Origin: Negativicutes bacterium | Lineage (GTDB): Bacteria; Bacillota; Negativicutes; UBA1444 | DNA: 64,000 bases | NCBI GenBank assembly: GCA_963665275.2 | Contig: CAXXIN010000007.1 | Span: 480,001 to 544,000 of the forward strand | Direction: 5' to 3' | In this document: piece after piece, positions 17,920-27,934 of the stretch | Layout: each line of letters begins with the position of its first letter | Position numbering within the stretch: the stretch's first letter is position 1 | Position numbers and translations under genes: made by a program | Notes under the pieces: model-generated | Databases searched by the model: none | Told to the model about the DNA's origin: nothing | What the model saw: the letters and a program-made list of their open reading frames with translations, nothing else

Positions 17920-18357
17920 TCACCCAGCGTCCGATCCCATGTGCATGATACCGAGCCCTGCGCGGTCATGGTTGGTCAGAGGATGCAAGGCCGATTCTCC
18001 GAACAAGGCGACTGCCACCCAATTGGAGTCACGAACCACGGCGATCTTCACCGCAACACTAGCGCTACTCGCCATGTTGACCATGATGCCACGTTTTGCC
18101 TCATCCGTCGCATGCAGCAATGCGTGATAATTAGTCGGTGTTTTCGCAACCAGACCGGTATTCATACAGGCGCCAATCACGGCTTTTGTTGTCTTTATCT
18201 GGAATTCAGACAAAGCCGAGTTTCCGCCCACTTCAGTAACGACGAAACGGAACCCCTGATCAGCCAACAATTTCTTAACCGCTTCTTCATCCTGCATAGT
18301 ACGGGTCAATGCCAGCAGCATGGCTGCTGTCCCTACACTGCGAATATTGTCAAACAT
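17920..18357 (-). CDS. hutP: HutP-family RNA-binding antiterminator
   Basis: VTEVGG, HALLHATDEAKRG (HxxxH), KIAVVR..WVAVALFG, HDRAGLGIMHM C-terminus. Confidence 0.8.
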   Translation of the reverse strand: MFDNIRSVGTAAMLLALTRTMQDEEAVKKLLADQGFRFVVTEVGGNSALSEFQIKTTKAVIGACMNTGLVAKTPTNYHALLHATDEAKRGIMVNMASSASVAVKIAVVRDSNWVAVALFGESALHPLTNHDRAGLGIMHMGSDAG

Positions 18358-18450
18358 GTTGCTCCAGCTTGCTGATTATTTGGTTAACTACCTGCATTAC
18401 TTTATCACTTATTGCCTCGTTGCGCAAGAATATCGCCCTGAAGTTTCGCT

Positions 18451-19017
18451 TTAAACTTCAAGGTGAAATCTTTCCAGAGCCTGATACACAATTCTGCCTT
18501 GCACCATGCGACTCTCAATTAATGAAAATTGTCCAACCAACATAGCCGGAAAAGATTCAACAGGGACATCGATCCGTCCATTTTTCACGAAAACTCGGCT
18601 GCTTTTGAACTTTACATCGCGGGCAAGCGTAATGTGGGGAGAGTAGCCGCGGTCTTCTTTCGCAAATCCTAAATCACACATCGCTTGGGCAATGTTTTTT
18701 TGCAGTTCCAACAGGACTGAAAAATCATCTTTCATTCCCAGCCAGACAACCCGCACCTGATCTGCAGGTCCAAAATACCCCAATTCAGCACCAAACGAAA
18801 GCGTAAAAGGCTGACTGCCCTGTGCTACCTTTTTCAGCGAGTTCTTGATAGCTTCGACTGCTTCCTCCGGTGTTTCGCCTAGAAACTGCAAGGTCAGATG
18901 AAGGTTTTCCCGAGTGGGAAACCTAGCTGTTCGCTCCTTCTCTCGAAGTATATTCTGCAGCGAATATAACTTGTCCAGAATATCCGGTTGAAGTTCTATC
19001 CCTATGAATAACTTCAT
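18451..19017 (-). CDS. thpR: RNA 2',3'-cyclic phosphodiesterase (2H phosphoesterase, LigT family)
   Basis: MKLFIGI, ENLHLTLQFLG, PHITLAR (two HxT motifs). Confidence 0.9.
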   Translation of the reverse strand: MKLFIGIELQPDILDKLYSLQNILREKERTARFPTRENLHLTLQFLGETPEEAVEAIKNSLKKVAQGSQPFTLSFGAELGYFGPADQVRVVWLGMKDDFSVLLELQKNIAQAMCDLGFAKEDRGYSPHITLARDVKFKSSRVFVKNGRIDVPVESFPAMLVGQFSLIESRMVQGRIVYQALERFHLEV

Positions 19018-19070
19018 AGACGCTCCCTGAAAATTACGTTTCATCGCAAGGTTGCTTCATTCCTACAACC

Positions 19071-19352
19071 TTATCTGATTTCTCGCTCAATATTCACAAT
19101 TTCAGCCTCGCTACTGCCCTCAATGAAGTTAATCACATGATCAAGAATGCTGTCTGATTGGCTTATAGTCCCTGCCACACAGGCAATGCCCAGAATAATC
19201 GTTTGGTGCGTGTCTTGTTCATCCACCTCGGCAATCGAAACATTAAACTTGTTTTTCGTCTTTGCTACGATGCTTTTTACTACCATGCGTTTTTCCTTTA
19301 AAGAAGAAACCCACGGCGCATAGAGTTTGAGCTCGAGAGTCCCTACAATCAT
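19071..19352 (-). CDS. ylxP: DUF503 (YlxP-like) protein
   Basis: SSLKEKRMVVKS..KNKFNVSIAEVDEQD. Confidence 0.85.
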   Translation of the reverse strand: MIVGTLELKLYAPWVSSLKEKRMVVKSIVAKTKNKFNVSIAEVDEQDTHQTIILGIACVAGTISQSDSILDHVINFIEGSSEAEIVNIEREIR

Positions 19353-19394
19353 GATATTAACTCCTAAAAACTTCGTTAATTCACAGTCGCCCTT

Positions 19395-20270
19395 CTATAC
19401 ATTACCGACATGGATATGCTTCAAACCTTCATTTTTTCCGATTGCCTGGGCGATTTCCAGAATTTCCAATGAAGTTATCGGCGTGTCCATCATTTTCCAC
19501 GCCGGGAAAAAGCGGCTTATGTGCCATGGAACGTCTTTACTGAGATCTCGGGCTATAAAGCGTGCAATTTTTTCCAGTTGCCCGGGCTTGTCATTTATTC
19601 CCGGCACAATCAGTGTTGTGATTTCCAGGTGTACCCCTGCTTCGTAAAGGTATTTTAAGTTATCCATGACCGGTTCAGCCGTGCCGCCGCAATATTTTTC
19701 GTATACACCGTCATTGGGACCTTTGTAGTCAACATTTGTTGCGTCTAAAAAAGGAATTACCATATCGAGCGTTTCGCGAGACATATATCCGTTCGTCACC
19801 CATACATTTTTCAATCCTTCCTCTCGGGCCAACTTCATTGTATCCAGCGCATACTCAACAAAAATTGTCGGCTCTGAATAGGTATAGGCAATAGAGGGGC
19901 ATTCGTATTTAATCGCCCGTTGCACATGTTCTTTTGGCGAAACATCACTGCCTTCGATAGGGTTGCTTGGCTTGGGGCTTTGTGAGATTTCCCAGTTCTG
20001 ACACCAGGAACAACGGAAATTGCAGCCGACCGCAGCAAAGGAATAGATCATTGTTCCGGGCAAAAAGTGATAAAGCGGTTTCTTTTCGATAGGATCGATA
20101 TGTGCCGCTACCGTTTTTCCATAGTTCAGTGTGTACAAAGTCCCCTGACTATTCTCCCGCACGCCGCAGATTCCTCTCTTGCCTTCGGCAATACTGCATC
20201 TGTGATTGCAGACAACGCATTTCACCTTATTTTCCTCGGCCTTTTCGTATAAAATTGCTTCCTTCACCAT
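19395..20270 (-). CDS. amrS: AmmeMemoRadiSam system radical SAM enzyme
   Basis: CVVCNHRC, GICGVREN, DPIEKKPLYHFLPG, GCNFRCSWCQNWEIS, AYTYSEP, PWHISRFFP. Confidence 0.9.
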   Translation of the reverse strand: MVKEAILYEKAEENKVKCVVCNHRCSIAEGKRGICGVRENSQGTLYTLNYGKTVAAHIDPIEKKPLYHFLPGTMIYSFAAVGCNFRCSWCQNWEISQSPKPSNPIEGSDVSPKEHVQRAIKYECPSIAYTYSEPTIFVEYALDTMKLAREEGLKNVWVTNGYMSRETLDMVIPFLDATNVDYKGPNDGVYEKYCGGTAEPVMDNLKYLYEAGVHLEITTLIVPGINDKPGQLEKIARFIARDLSKDVPWHISRFFPAWKMMDTPITSLEILEIAQAIGKNEGLKHIHVGNV

Positions 20271-20486
20271 TCTCCCCCCTCGCTCTTTATTGCTGAGTGA
20301 GACTAGTATCCATCGACAGATTCTGAAGTGAAAAACCGTTTTTTCATAGCGCTATCCCACTCCTGTACTATGAAAATCAGTCCACAATTCAAATTAATTT
20401 TTCTGCACAACCCGATTAAAAACCTGCTAATCGTTAAATATATTATTGAATTTTCCGACTATTAATTTCAAGTTCCCTTTCCACCG

Positions 20487-20536
20487 AAAAAGGCGCCGTT
20501 CAAAATAGCTCTCACCCCATTTTGAACAGCGCCTTT
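20487..20536. terminator. Intrinsic terminator-like hairpin
   Basis: aaaggcgccgttcaaaat ... attttgaacagcgccttt. Confidence 0.6.
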
Positions 20537-20575
20537 ATAGATTTTCCATCGATGAACCGCTAAAACAGATCTGTT

Positions 20576-20885
20576 TTAGGCAAAAAACCTCATTACAATC
20601 ATCGCAATACACGCATTCATTATACTTGCCAGCATCAATAACGGTCAGTATTTCTTCGGACAGCCGCGCCGAGCAAACGGCCCATATATTGCAGCTGAGC
20701 GCCCATCAGAAACAGTGCGGGAATCAAGATAGTTGCGTGAGTGCCGTTCAAAACACCTTTGGCGACTAAACTGACGGCAACACCGGTTCCTGCCGAGGAG
20801 GAGAGCCAAGTTGTCAGCAATACCGTAACCGCCTCTCCCGGCAAAGCAAAGATTCCCATCAACGAAGCAAATATCCGGCCGATAA
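20576..20885 (-). pseudogene. C-terminal fragment of a YjiG/nucleoside-recognition (gate) membrane protein
   Basis: LMGIFALPGEAVTVLL...LMGAQLQYMGRLLG, then a frameshift to LMLASIMNACIAMIVMRFFA-stop; N-terminal half absent. Confidence 0.65.
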
Positions 20886-20975
20886 AAAGTATCTGAAATG
20901 GGCTTTCGAGTGTTTTTTTACGTGATGCAACACGTCAAGCACCAACAACTCAAGCTCCCCTCTTTCTGTAATCAG

Positions 20976-21842
20976 TCATTTCATCTTTGGATCATCACCT
21001 GATGATTCGCGGATCCATTGAATCGCGATTTTTCGCGCCGCCTCATGCTGGGACCCCAGTTCAATATCCTGCCATTTATAAACTTCAGCAAAATACAGAC
21101 GCTGATTGTTTTCGTCATAATCACTGATGGACAGAATCATCATCTTGTTTTGTGATACCTGGAAACGGTAATTGACTTTGGTAACCTTGATGTGCTGGTA
21201 TCCTGCGCCGGCGCGGGGAGGCAGCGACCTGAGATATGCCTGACGGGCCACGAGACCTTTCTCATTCCAAATCCATTTCACTGTGATCTCCACCGTGTCC
21301 GGTTTGTTTCGAGGATAGGCGCTGATGGAACGGATGTCCCAATGCAAGTCAAATTCATCGAATGCTCGCGATCCGAACCATCTCGGGCCGGAGGCGCTGA
21401 GATCCGTCGGTTTCACCGAAACCAGTTCCCCTTGCCCCCTCACATATTGTAAGGCCCGCTGCACCTCAAATTCGCCGGAGGATCCGGACGCTTCCTTGGA
21501 AAAAGAGTCAGAAGTGTTAAAATAGCGAAAAATCTCTTTGTCATCGATGTCATATTGATAGTATTCCAAAAATCGGGTCTGAATGGAATCGCCGAGAACC
21601 CCCTCGCTCTTGCGAAGCATTTTCCGGATATTGTGACTGGCCTGCTTGTCATCCAACACCCATAAAGTCCAGTAGTGAACACGGTCCTGCTTTTGCACCA
21701 CCGATTCCGTATCGAGGTACTCAGTGCAGGCTCCATACCGGGTGCCTTCGAGCCGTTGCAGATAGATCCAGTTCGCCGCGCCTACGCTGCTGGATAACAG
21801 GAACAAGCTTACCAACAATATTCCGAAGACCCGACTTTTCAT
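20976..21842 (-). CDS. Secreted protein with two tandem surface-adhesin-E-like domains
   Basis: Signal peptide, then ANW..YLDTESV..YWT and RWF..WDIRSI..VKW halves. Confidence 0.55.
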   Translation of the reverse strand: MKSRVFGILLVSLFLLSSSVGAANWIYLQRLEGTRYGACTEYLDTESVVQKQDRVHYWTLWVLDDKQASHNIRKMLRKSEGVLGDSIQTRFLEYYQYDIDDKEIFRYFNTSDSFSKEASGSSGEFEVQRALQYVRGQGELVSVKPTDLSASGPRWFGSRAFDEFDLHWDIRSISAYPRNKPDTVEITVKWIWNEKGLVARQAYLRSLPPRAGAGYQHIKVTKVNYRFQVSQNKMMILSISDYDENNQRLYFAEVYKWQDIELGSQHEAARKIAIQWIRESSGDDPKMK

Positions 21843-21881
21843 AGTCTTTTCCCTCCCAGATTGTTCCTGAAGAGTTCACGA

Positions 21882-23357
21882 TCAAGTACCGCAAAAAGTT
21901 CTGTAAGGGCGAATTGATAACTCAGGCAACGTAGTGTACTCCGCTTGATCGGACGAGTGTGCGTACGGGTGTGCAAGCACATCAAGAAGCCTGCTCATCA
22001 CACTGTAATCTCCGAGTCTCACTGCGGCGTCTATTGCTGCTTCTACCCGATGGTTGCGAGGGATGAGTTCAGGATTACAGCTCTTCATTAACTGCTGCGA
22101 AATGGCTTTCGACTCCCGCTGCCTGCCAAGTCTTGCCTGCCAAAGCTCATGCCACTGAGTATATTCTGTGCTCGCAAACAGGGCCGTATCCTCAGTCATA
22201 TCCAAAGTTAGTGCGCGGAAAGTATTGGTATAGTCAGCGCAATATTTCTGCATTATGCCGAGGAGACCCTCAATGAGAGCATCATCTTGCTTCTCTTCAT
22301 TAAACAATCCCAATTTAGCTCGCATTCCTGCGGACCAATGATATTGATACTGCGCAGCAAAATCCGAAACCGCAGCCTGAGCCATATCAACGGCTTGCGA
22401 CTGATCTATATGCAGCAAAGGCAATAGGGTTTCTGCAAATCTCGCCAGATTCCACCCGGCAATAGCTGGCTGATTGGCAAAAGCATAACGTCCTTGAGCA
22501 TCAATCGAACTGAATACTGTTGACGGATCATAGGTATCCATGAAGGCGCACGGGCCATAATCAATTGTTTCTCCACTGATAGCCATGTTGTCGGTATTCA
22601 TCACCCCATGAATAAAACCCGCAAGTTGCCATTTGGCAATCAGCAAGGCCTGACGCTTGATCACTTCTTGCAGCAGCGACAGATATCGCTTCTCATTTGC
22701 TTCCACGTTTAGGAAATGGCGTTTTAAAGTATAATCAGCCAAAATCCGAAGATCATCAATAGTTCCCCATTTTGAAACGTATTGAAAAGTGCCGACGCGA
22801 AGATGGCTGGCAGCCACTCGAGTCAGAATCGCTCCCGGCAGTTCTGTTTCGCGAATCACCGGCTCACCGGTTGTCACCACAGCTAAACTGCGGGTCGTTG
22901 CAATACCCAGCGAATGCATTGCTTCGCTGATGATGTATTCGCGCAGCATCGGCCCCAATGCCGCTCTACCATCCCCACTGCGGGAATATGGCGTTTCACC
23001 GGATCCCTTGAGTTGAATATCAAACCGTTCATTCTGGGGAGTGATCTGCTCGCCAAGCAATAGAGTCCGACCATCACCCAACATTGTAAAATGGCCAAAT
23101 TGATGTCCTGCATAAGCTTGCGCAAGTGGAAAAGCACCTGGAGGAACCTGGTTACCTGCCAGCACTTCCATCCCATCTTTGCCTTGTAGCGCCTGAACAT
23201 TCAGCCCTAATGACATGGCTAGGGGTTCATTAAGAATAATCAACTTCGGTAAGCTGACAGGGGTAGGAATTAAGCTGCTAAAAAACAATTTCGGCAGACG
23301 AGCATAACTGTTGTCGAAATTCCACCCCATGTCTATGCTTGCTTCACGTTTTGTCAT
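21882..23357 (-). CDS. selO: Protein adenylyltransferase SelO (YdiU)
   Basis: [50 protein letters not shown]-terminal TFCGT. Confidence 0.95.
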   Translation of the reverse strand: MTKREASIDMGWNFDNSYARLPKLFFSSLIPTPVSLPKLIILNEPLAMSLGLNVQALQGKDGMEVLAGNQVPPGAFPLAQAYAGHQFGHFTMLGDGRTLLLGEQITPQNERFDIQLKGSGETPYSRSGDGRAALGPMLREYIISEAMHSLGIATTRSLAVVTTGEPVIRETELPGAILTRVAASHLRVGTFQYVSKWGTIDDLRILADYTLKRHFLNVEANEKRYLSLLQEVIKRQALLIAKWQLAGFIHGVMNTDNMAISGETIDYGPCAFMDTYDPSTVFSSIDAQGRYAFANQPAIAGWNLARFAETLLPLLHIDQSQAVDMAQAAVSDFAAQYQYHWSAGMRAKLGLFNEEKQDDALIEGLLGIMQKYCADYTNTFRALTLDMTEDTALFASTEYTQWHELWQARLGRQRESKAISQQLMKSCNPELIPRNHRVEAAIDAAVRLGDYSVMSRLLDVLAHPYAHSSDQAEYTTLPELSIRPYRTFCGT

Positions 23358-23432
23358 AGCGTCTCCCTGTCTTCATTTCTTTGCATTTTGCAAAGGAAAA
23401 CCCTGTGCAAAAAGGAATACTTCTAGAAAGAG

Positions 23433-23978
23433 GTGATGGTTGTGTCGATTAGCGATATCTTGCCTGATGTATTAGCCCCAAATCTTAAGCTTGTAATTTG
23501 CGGATCAGCTGTTGGTGCGCAATCAGCCCGTGCCGGTTCTTACTACGCAGGGCAAAACAATATGTTTTGGCAGATACTCCACGAAACGGGTCTTATAGAT
23601 CGTCTTCTACACACTTCCGAATACCGCAGGCTGCTTCATTATGGAATTGGATTGACTGACGCCGCCAAAAAAGCCGCCGGAGTCGATGCCGACATCAAAA
23701 AACACGATTATGACGCAGCCACTCTTGTTCATAAAATGACTGTCTACCGCCCAAAAATCATCTGCTTCAACGGGAAAAAATCGGCCGCTGCCTTATGTTC
23801 TTGGCAACAGGCGCGACATTGCCAAACAGCTGAAATCGACTATGGGATATACCCGAACTCAATCATGCAAAATGGACCCATCCTATTCGTCGCCCCTTCA
23901 ACTTCTGCGGCTGCCAAACGATATTGGCAACCTATGTATTGGCATACCCTTGCCGCCTTGGTCAAACAACTGTCTTGA
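23433..23978 (+). CDS. mug: Mismatch-specific uracil/thymine DNA glycosylase (UDG family 2)
   Basis: LPDVLAPNL, YYAGQNNMFW, GIGLTD, FNGKK, PSTS. Confidence 0.85.
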   Translation: MMVVSISDILPDVLAPNLKLVICGSAVGAQSARAGSYYAGQNNMFWQILHETGLIDRLLHTSEYRRLLHYGIGLTDAAKKAAGVDADIKKHDYDAATLVHKMTVYRPKIICFNGKKSAAALCSWQQARHCQTAEIDYGIYPNSIMQNGPILFVAPSTSAAAKRYWQPMYWHTLAALVKQLS

Positions 23979-23983
23979 CAGCC

Positions 23984-25054
23984 CTATTCTTCACCGGCAT
24001 ACCAGAAGTGACGCGAAAAACGCAGACAACAGGCCTCACCCAGGTTGGGGCCCGGGTCGCGGCGTCCCTTCTGAACGCGCATCTCCTGGGCCCCGACTTT
24101 CACCTGATAGTCAATGATTTCGCCCAGAAACGCTTTGCGGCTGACGACGCCGCGCAGTCCGCCCGCCTCGCCATCACTGACAAAGTTTATCTCGGATGGG
24201 CGACTCGCCAGGGAAAGTGAGCTTTGGCCGCGCATGGCTTCAGGCGGGAGCAAGCTCTCCGGCAGCGCAGCCTTCTCGCCGCGTACAAACGCATTTCCAC
24301 CTTCCCAGACAATATCCAGAAAATTGGAGAGGCCGATAAAACTGAAGACGAACTTATTGGCCGGTTTGTTGTAGACATTAAAAGGCGTATCGATTTGCTG
24401 CACAACCCCCAGTTTCATCACCAGGATTCGGTCCGATAGGGCCATAGCTTCGGCCTGGTCGTGCGTCACATAGATAATGGAAAATCCATACTTTCTCTGT
24501 AAGTCCTTAATCTCAAAGCGCATCTCCTCGCGCAGATGAGGATCCAAGCTTGAGAGCGGTTCATCCAGGAGCATGACATCGGGATTGATGGCCAATGCCC
24601 GTGCCAGCGCCACCCGCTGCTTGCCGCCTCCCGAGAGATCTGCCGGACTGTCGTCGGCGACTGAAAGCAGGTTGGTGGAACGCAGGGCATCTTTTGTGCG
24701 CTTGTCAATTTCTGAGGCCGAAAATTTGCGGATCTGCAGAGGGAAAGCGACATTATCATACACCGACAGATGCGGCCAGACCGCAAAAGCTTGGAATACC
24801 ATGCCGAAATTACGTTTTTCCGGCGGCAGATAATAATTACGCTGGGGAGAAGAAATCAGACGATCCCCTACGTAAACCTCTCCTTCACTCAAGTCTTCAA
24901 AACCCGCCACCATCCGCAGCGTCGTCGTCTTGCCGCAACCGGACGGCCCCAACATAGAGAAGCACTCACCCTTGCCAATTTCCAGGTTCAAAGAATTGAC
25001 GGCGGTAACATCGCCGAATTTTTTCGTAACATTCACCAATCGTACATGAGACAT
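23984..25054 (-). CDS. ABC transporter ATP-binding protein (FbpC/PotA-like, TOBE)
   Basis: GPSGCGKT, LSGGGKQ signature variant, LLDEP, VTHDQ. Confidence 0.93.
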   Translation of the reverse strand: MSHVRLVNVTKKFGDVTAVNSLNLEIGKGECFSMLGPSGCGKTTTLRMVAGFEDLSEGEVYVGDRLISSPQRNYYLPPEKRNFGMVFQAFAVWPHLSVYDNVAFPLQIRKFSASEIDKRTKDALRSTNLLSVADDSPADLSGGGKQRVALARALAINPDVMLLDEPLSSLDPHLREEMRFEIKDLQRKYGFSIIYVTHDQAEAMALSDRILVMKLGVVQQIDTPFNVYNKPANKFVFSFIGLSNFLDIVWEGGNAFVRGEKAALPESLLPPEAMRGQSSLSLASRPSEINFVSDGEAGGLRGVVSRKAFLGEIIDYQVKVGAQEMRVQKGRRDPGPNLGEACCLRFSRHFWYAGEE

Positions 25055-25061
25055 AATCGGT

Positions 25062-26753
25062 CTACACACCTGCCTTTCTTGTGAAACGGTTGATCAGCGT
25101 CTGACCGACAATGATCAGAATCAGCGCGATGCCTGCCAGCGCCGCCGAAATTACCGTTTCCCCATCTTCGTTCAGGGTGTATATTGCCACCCCGATGGTA
25201 CGGGTGGTTGGCGAGTAAAGCATGATGGAAACAGTCAACTCCCGGAGTGAGGGAAGAAAGATCAGAAAGAAAGCCGCCAACATACCGGGGCGCACCAGCG
25301 GCAACACGATATACTTGAGCGACTGCCACATGGTAGCGCCGCAAGATCGGGCTGCCTCCACCAGGGAGTCGTGTACCTGTTCCAGAGCCGCTGAGTTTGC
25401 TTTGAGGGAAAAGGCCATATAGCGGGCAATGTAGGCGACCAAGATGATCCATACCGTGTTGTAGAGATTAATGCCGAACTGGCCGCTCCAGGCGAGGATC
25501 ACCCCAAGGGCGATGACCGAGCCGGGAACCGAGAAGGGCAGCATCCCCAAAAACTCCAGAACGCCTTTACCCCGCACCTTCATCTTCACAATGACATAAG
25601 AAATCATCACGCCGGCGAACATGGTAATGACTGCCGCGCCCAGGCCCAGCGTAACGCTGTTCCAGATCGCGTCCTTGGTCAGCTTGTAGTCAAAGAGGAT
25701 GAATTTATAGTTATCGAGCGAGAGGTTATCCCAGGTGAAGGCCAAGCCGTAAGTCTTCAGTCCCCCAACAAGGAAGATGACCGCCGTCGGCAGAACAATG
25801 GTAAAAGCAATATACGCCAGACAGAAGATCAGCAGCGGTATGCGCAGGGCGCGCAGTTTCAGTTCCATCGGACGGAAGCTTTTCCCGCCGATAATCTGAT
25901 AATGTCCTTTGGTCAGGATCTTCCCCTGCAGCCAAATGATCAAGGCTGCAGTTATCACCAGCACAGTGGCCAGCACTGTCCCTGTCCGTATCGAGGCAAA
26001 ACTACCGGCGCTCTGGTGTATGCGTTGATAGATGAGTGTCGGGATATTGAAGATCCCGTTCTCTATTCCCAACACAGCTACGGTGCCGAAATGCGCCATG
26101 GAATAAAGCATAATCAGCAGCGCGCCGGAAAGAATACTTGGCATCACTAAGGGAATGGTAATTTTCCTGGTGATGGTGAAAAGCCCCGCTCCCGATATGC
26201 GGGCGGACTCCTCAAGAGTCGGGTCCATGCGTTCCAGTGCGCCGCACACTTGAATAAAGACAAAGGGAAATAGATACATTACCTCTACAAGAACAATGCC
26301 TAAATAACTGTAGATATTAAAGATAGGTTCCTCAAAACCCATATTATTCATAAAGAATTTGTTGATGAACCCGGCATTCGGGGACAGCAGCATCTTCCAT
26401 GCAAGAGCGCCGATAAACGACGGAAGCATGAACGGTACCAAAAACATACTCTTCATGAAACTCTTATAGGGAAGGTCGGTACGCGTGACCAGCCATGCAA
26501 AAAAAGTACCGACGATCGTACTGCCGATCGTGGTGCCGCTGGCGATAACCAGCGAGTTTATCAGGGCCTGATACGTCTCCGGTTCTAAAATGATCTTGGC
26601 GACATCACGAATATTGAACTCGCCGTTCACCCAGAATGCGTTGAAAAAAATCAACAGAACCGGAAAAGCTACCAAAATGACCAAGATGGCGATCGAGAAA
26701 AAGAGGATGATCTGCGCCACACCAAAACTGCTTTTTTGCGTTACTCCATTCAT
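25062..26753 (-). CDS. ABC transporter fused double permease (FbpB/AfuB-like)
   Basis: Two EAA loops (LEESARISGA, LVEAARSCGA), about 12 TM segments; ATG overlaps the upstream TGA. Confidence 0.92.
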   Translation of the reverse strand: MNGVTQKSSFGVAQIILFFSIAILVILVAFPVLLIFFNAFWVNGEFNIRDVAKIILEPETYQALINSLVIASGTTIGSTIVGTFFAWLVTRTDLPYKSFMKSMFLVPFMLPSFIGALAWKMLLSPNAGFINKFFMNNMGFEEPIFNIYSYLGIVLVEVMYLFPFVFIQVCGALERMDPTLEESARISGAGLFTITRKITIPLVMPSILSGALLIMLYSMAHFGTVAVLGIENGIFNIPTLIYQRIHQSAGSFASIRTGTVLATVLVITAALIIWLQGKILTKGHYQIIGGKSFRPMELKLRALRIPLLIFCLAYIAFTIVLPTAVIFLVGGLKTYGLAFTWDNLSLDNYKFILFDYKLTKDAIWNSVTLGLGAAVITMFAGVMISYVIVKMKVRGKGVLEFLGMLPFSVPGSVIALGVILAWSGQFGINLYNTVWIILVAYIARYMAFSLKANSAALEQVHDSLVEAARSCGATMWQSLKYIVLPLVRPGMLAAFFLIFLPSLRELTVSIMLYSPTTRTIGVAIYTLNEDGETVISAALAGIALILIIVGQTLINRFTRKAGV

Positions 26754-27841
26754 GGTTTCACCACCTCCGCCAGGCTTTGGGCGTTGAACCACAACAGGTC
26801 ACGGAAACTGATCACGCAAGTCTCGCCCTCTTTGAACATAAGCCCTTTGGATACGGCCTCGTGTGTCTCGATGCTGGTGCGCAGATGCGCCCCATCCACC
26901 TCAATAAGATAATCGATCATGGCGCCAAGGAAACTGGCGCGTTTTACCTTGCCGCGAAGCCCAGGGCCCTGTGGGGCAATCTGAACGTCGGAAGGTCGAA
27001 AACCCGCAGCCCAAGATGGTGCATCGCCCTGGGGCGGCGCCCACGGAATGGGCTGATCACCATTTCCCACCAGATAGGCGTCACCGGCACGCCGCACCGG
27101 AACGAAATTCGCTATGCCCATGAAATTGAAAACAAAAGGATCCGCCGGACGCTCAAAAATCTCCCAAGGGTTGCCTGTCTGACGTATCCGGCCAGATTCG
27201 TCCATGATAACCAGTCGGTCGGAGATCGCCAATGCAATCTCCTGATCATGCGTTACATAGAGGACGGTTATATTCAGTTTGCGCTGCAATTCTTTGATCT
27301 CAAAGCGCATTTCCTCACGCAGATTGGCGTCAAGATTGGTCAGGGGCTCATCCAGAAGCATCAGCGACGAATTGGCGACCAACGCTCGAGCCAACGCCAC
27401 GCGTTGTTGTTGACCGCCGGAAAGTTCGGACGGCAGACGATTCTCCAGCCCTTTCATCCCAACCATCTCTATCATTTCCATGACACGGTCCCGCAGCTCA
27501 TTTTTCGGCCGTTTGGCGATTTTCAGCGGAAAACCGACATTGTCAAAAACTGAAAGGTGCGGCCAAACCGCGTAATCCTGAAAGACTACGCCGAGTCCCC
27601 GGTTTTCGGGAGAAAGAAATATGCCCGCCGCCGGGTCCGCAACGACCTGGTTATCAATGAATATTCTCCCTGCATCGGGAGTCTCAAACCCAGCGATAAG
27701 TCTGAGCAGTACAGTTTTGCCACAACCTGACGGCCCCAACAATGTAAAACACTCGCCCTTTTCAATAGATAGCGTGAGATCTTTGTGCACCTGATGTTTG
27801 CCATAACTCTTCGATATACCTTCAACCCGGATTATTTCCAT
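26750..27841 (-). CDS. ABC transporter ATP-binding protein (FbpC-like, TOBE)
   Basis: GPSGCGKT, LSGGQQQ, LLDEP, VTHDQ. Confidence 0.93.
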   Translation of the reverse strand: MEIIRVEGISKSYGKHQVHKDLTLSIEKGECFTLLGPSGCGKTVLLRLIAGFETPDAGRIFIDNQVVADPAAGIFLSPENRGLGVVFQDYAVWPHLSVFDNVGFPLKIAKRPKNELRDRVMEMIEMVGMKGLENRLPSELSGGQQQRVALARALVANSSLMLLDEPLTNLDANLREEMRFEIKELQRKLNITVLYVTHDQEIALAISDRLVIMDESGRIRQTGNPWEIFERPADPFVFNFMGIANFVPVRRAGDAYLVGNGDQPIPWAPPQGDAPSWAAGFRPSDVQIAPQGPGLRGKVKRASFLGAMIDYLIEVDGAHLRTSIETHEAVSKGLMFKEGETCVISFRDLLWFNAQSLAEVVKP

Positions 27842-27876
27842 ACTCGACCCTCACTTACTCATCATACTGATCAACT

Positions 27877-27909
27877 AAAAACGGCGGAACGGAATGATCC
27901 GTCCCGCCG
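27877..27909 (-). terminator. Intra-operon hairpin after the substrate-binding gene
   Basis: cggcgg(a)acgga..tccgtcccgccg with T tail on the minus strand. Confidence 0.55.
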
Positions 27910-27934
27910 AATCAAGCAGACTGGCCGCTTGAAA

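Noticed and set aside
21882-21900. Selenocysteine read-through at the selO TGA
   Set aside because: The protein ends in the usual bacterial Cys-containing tail (FCGT); no SECIS-like hairpin recognised
21882-23978. Functional link between divergent selO and mug, or between the two AMPylases (SelO, Fic)
   Set aside because: Nothing beyond proximity supports it
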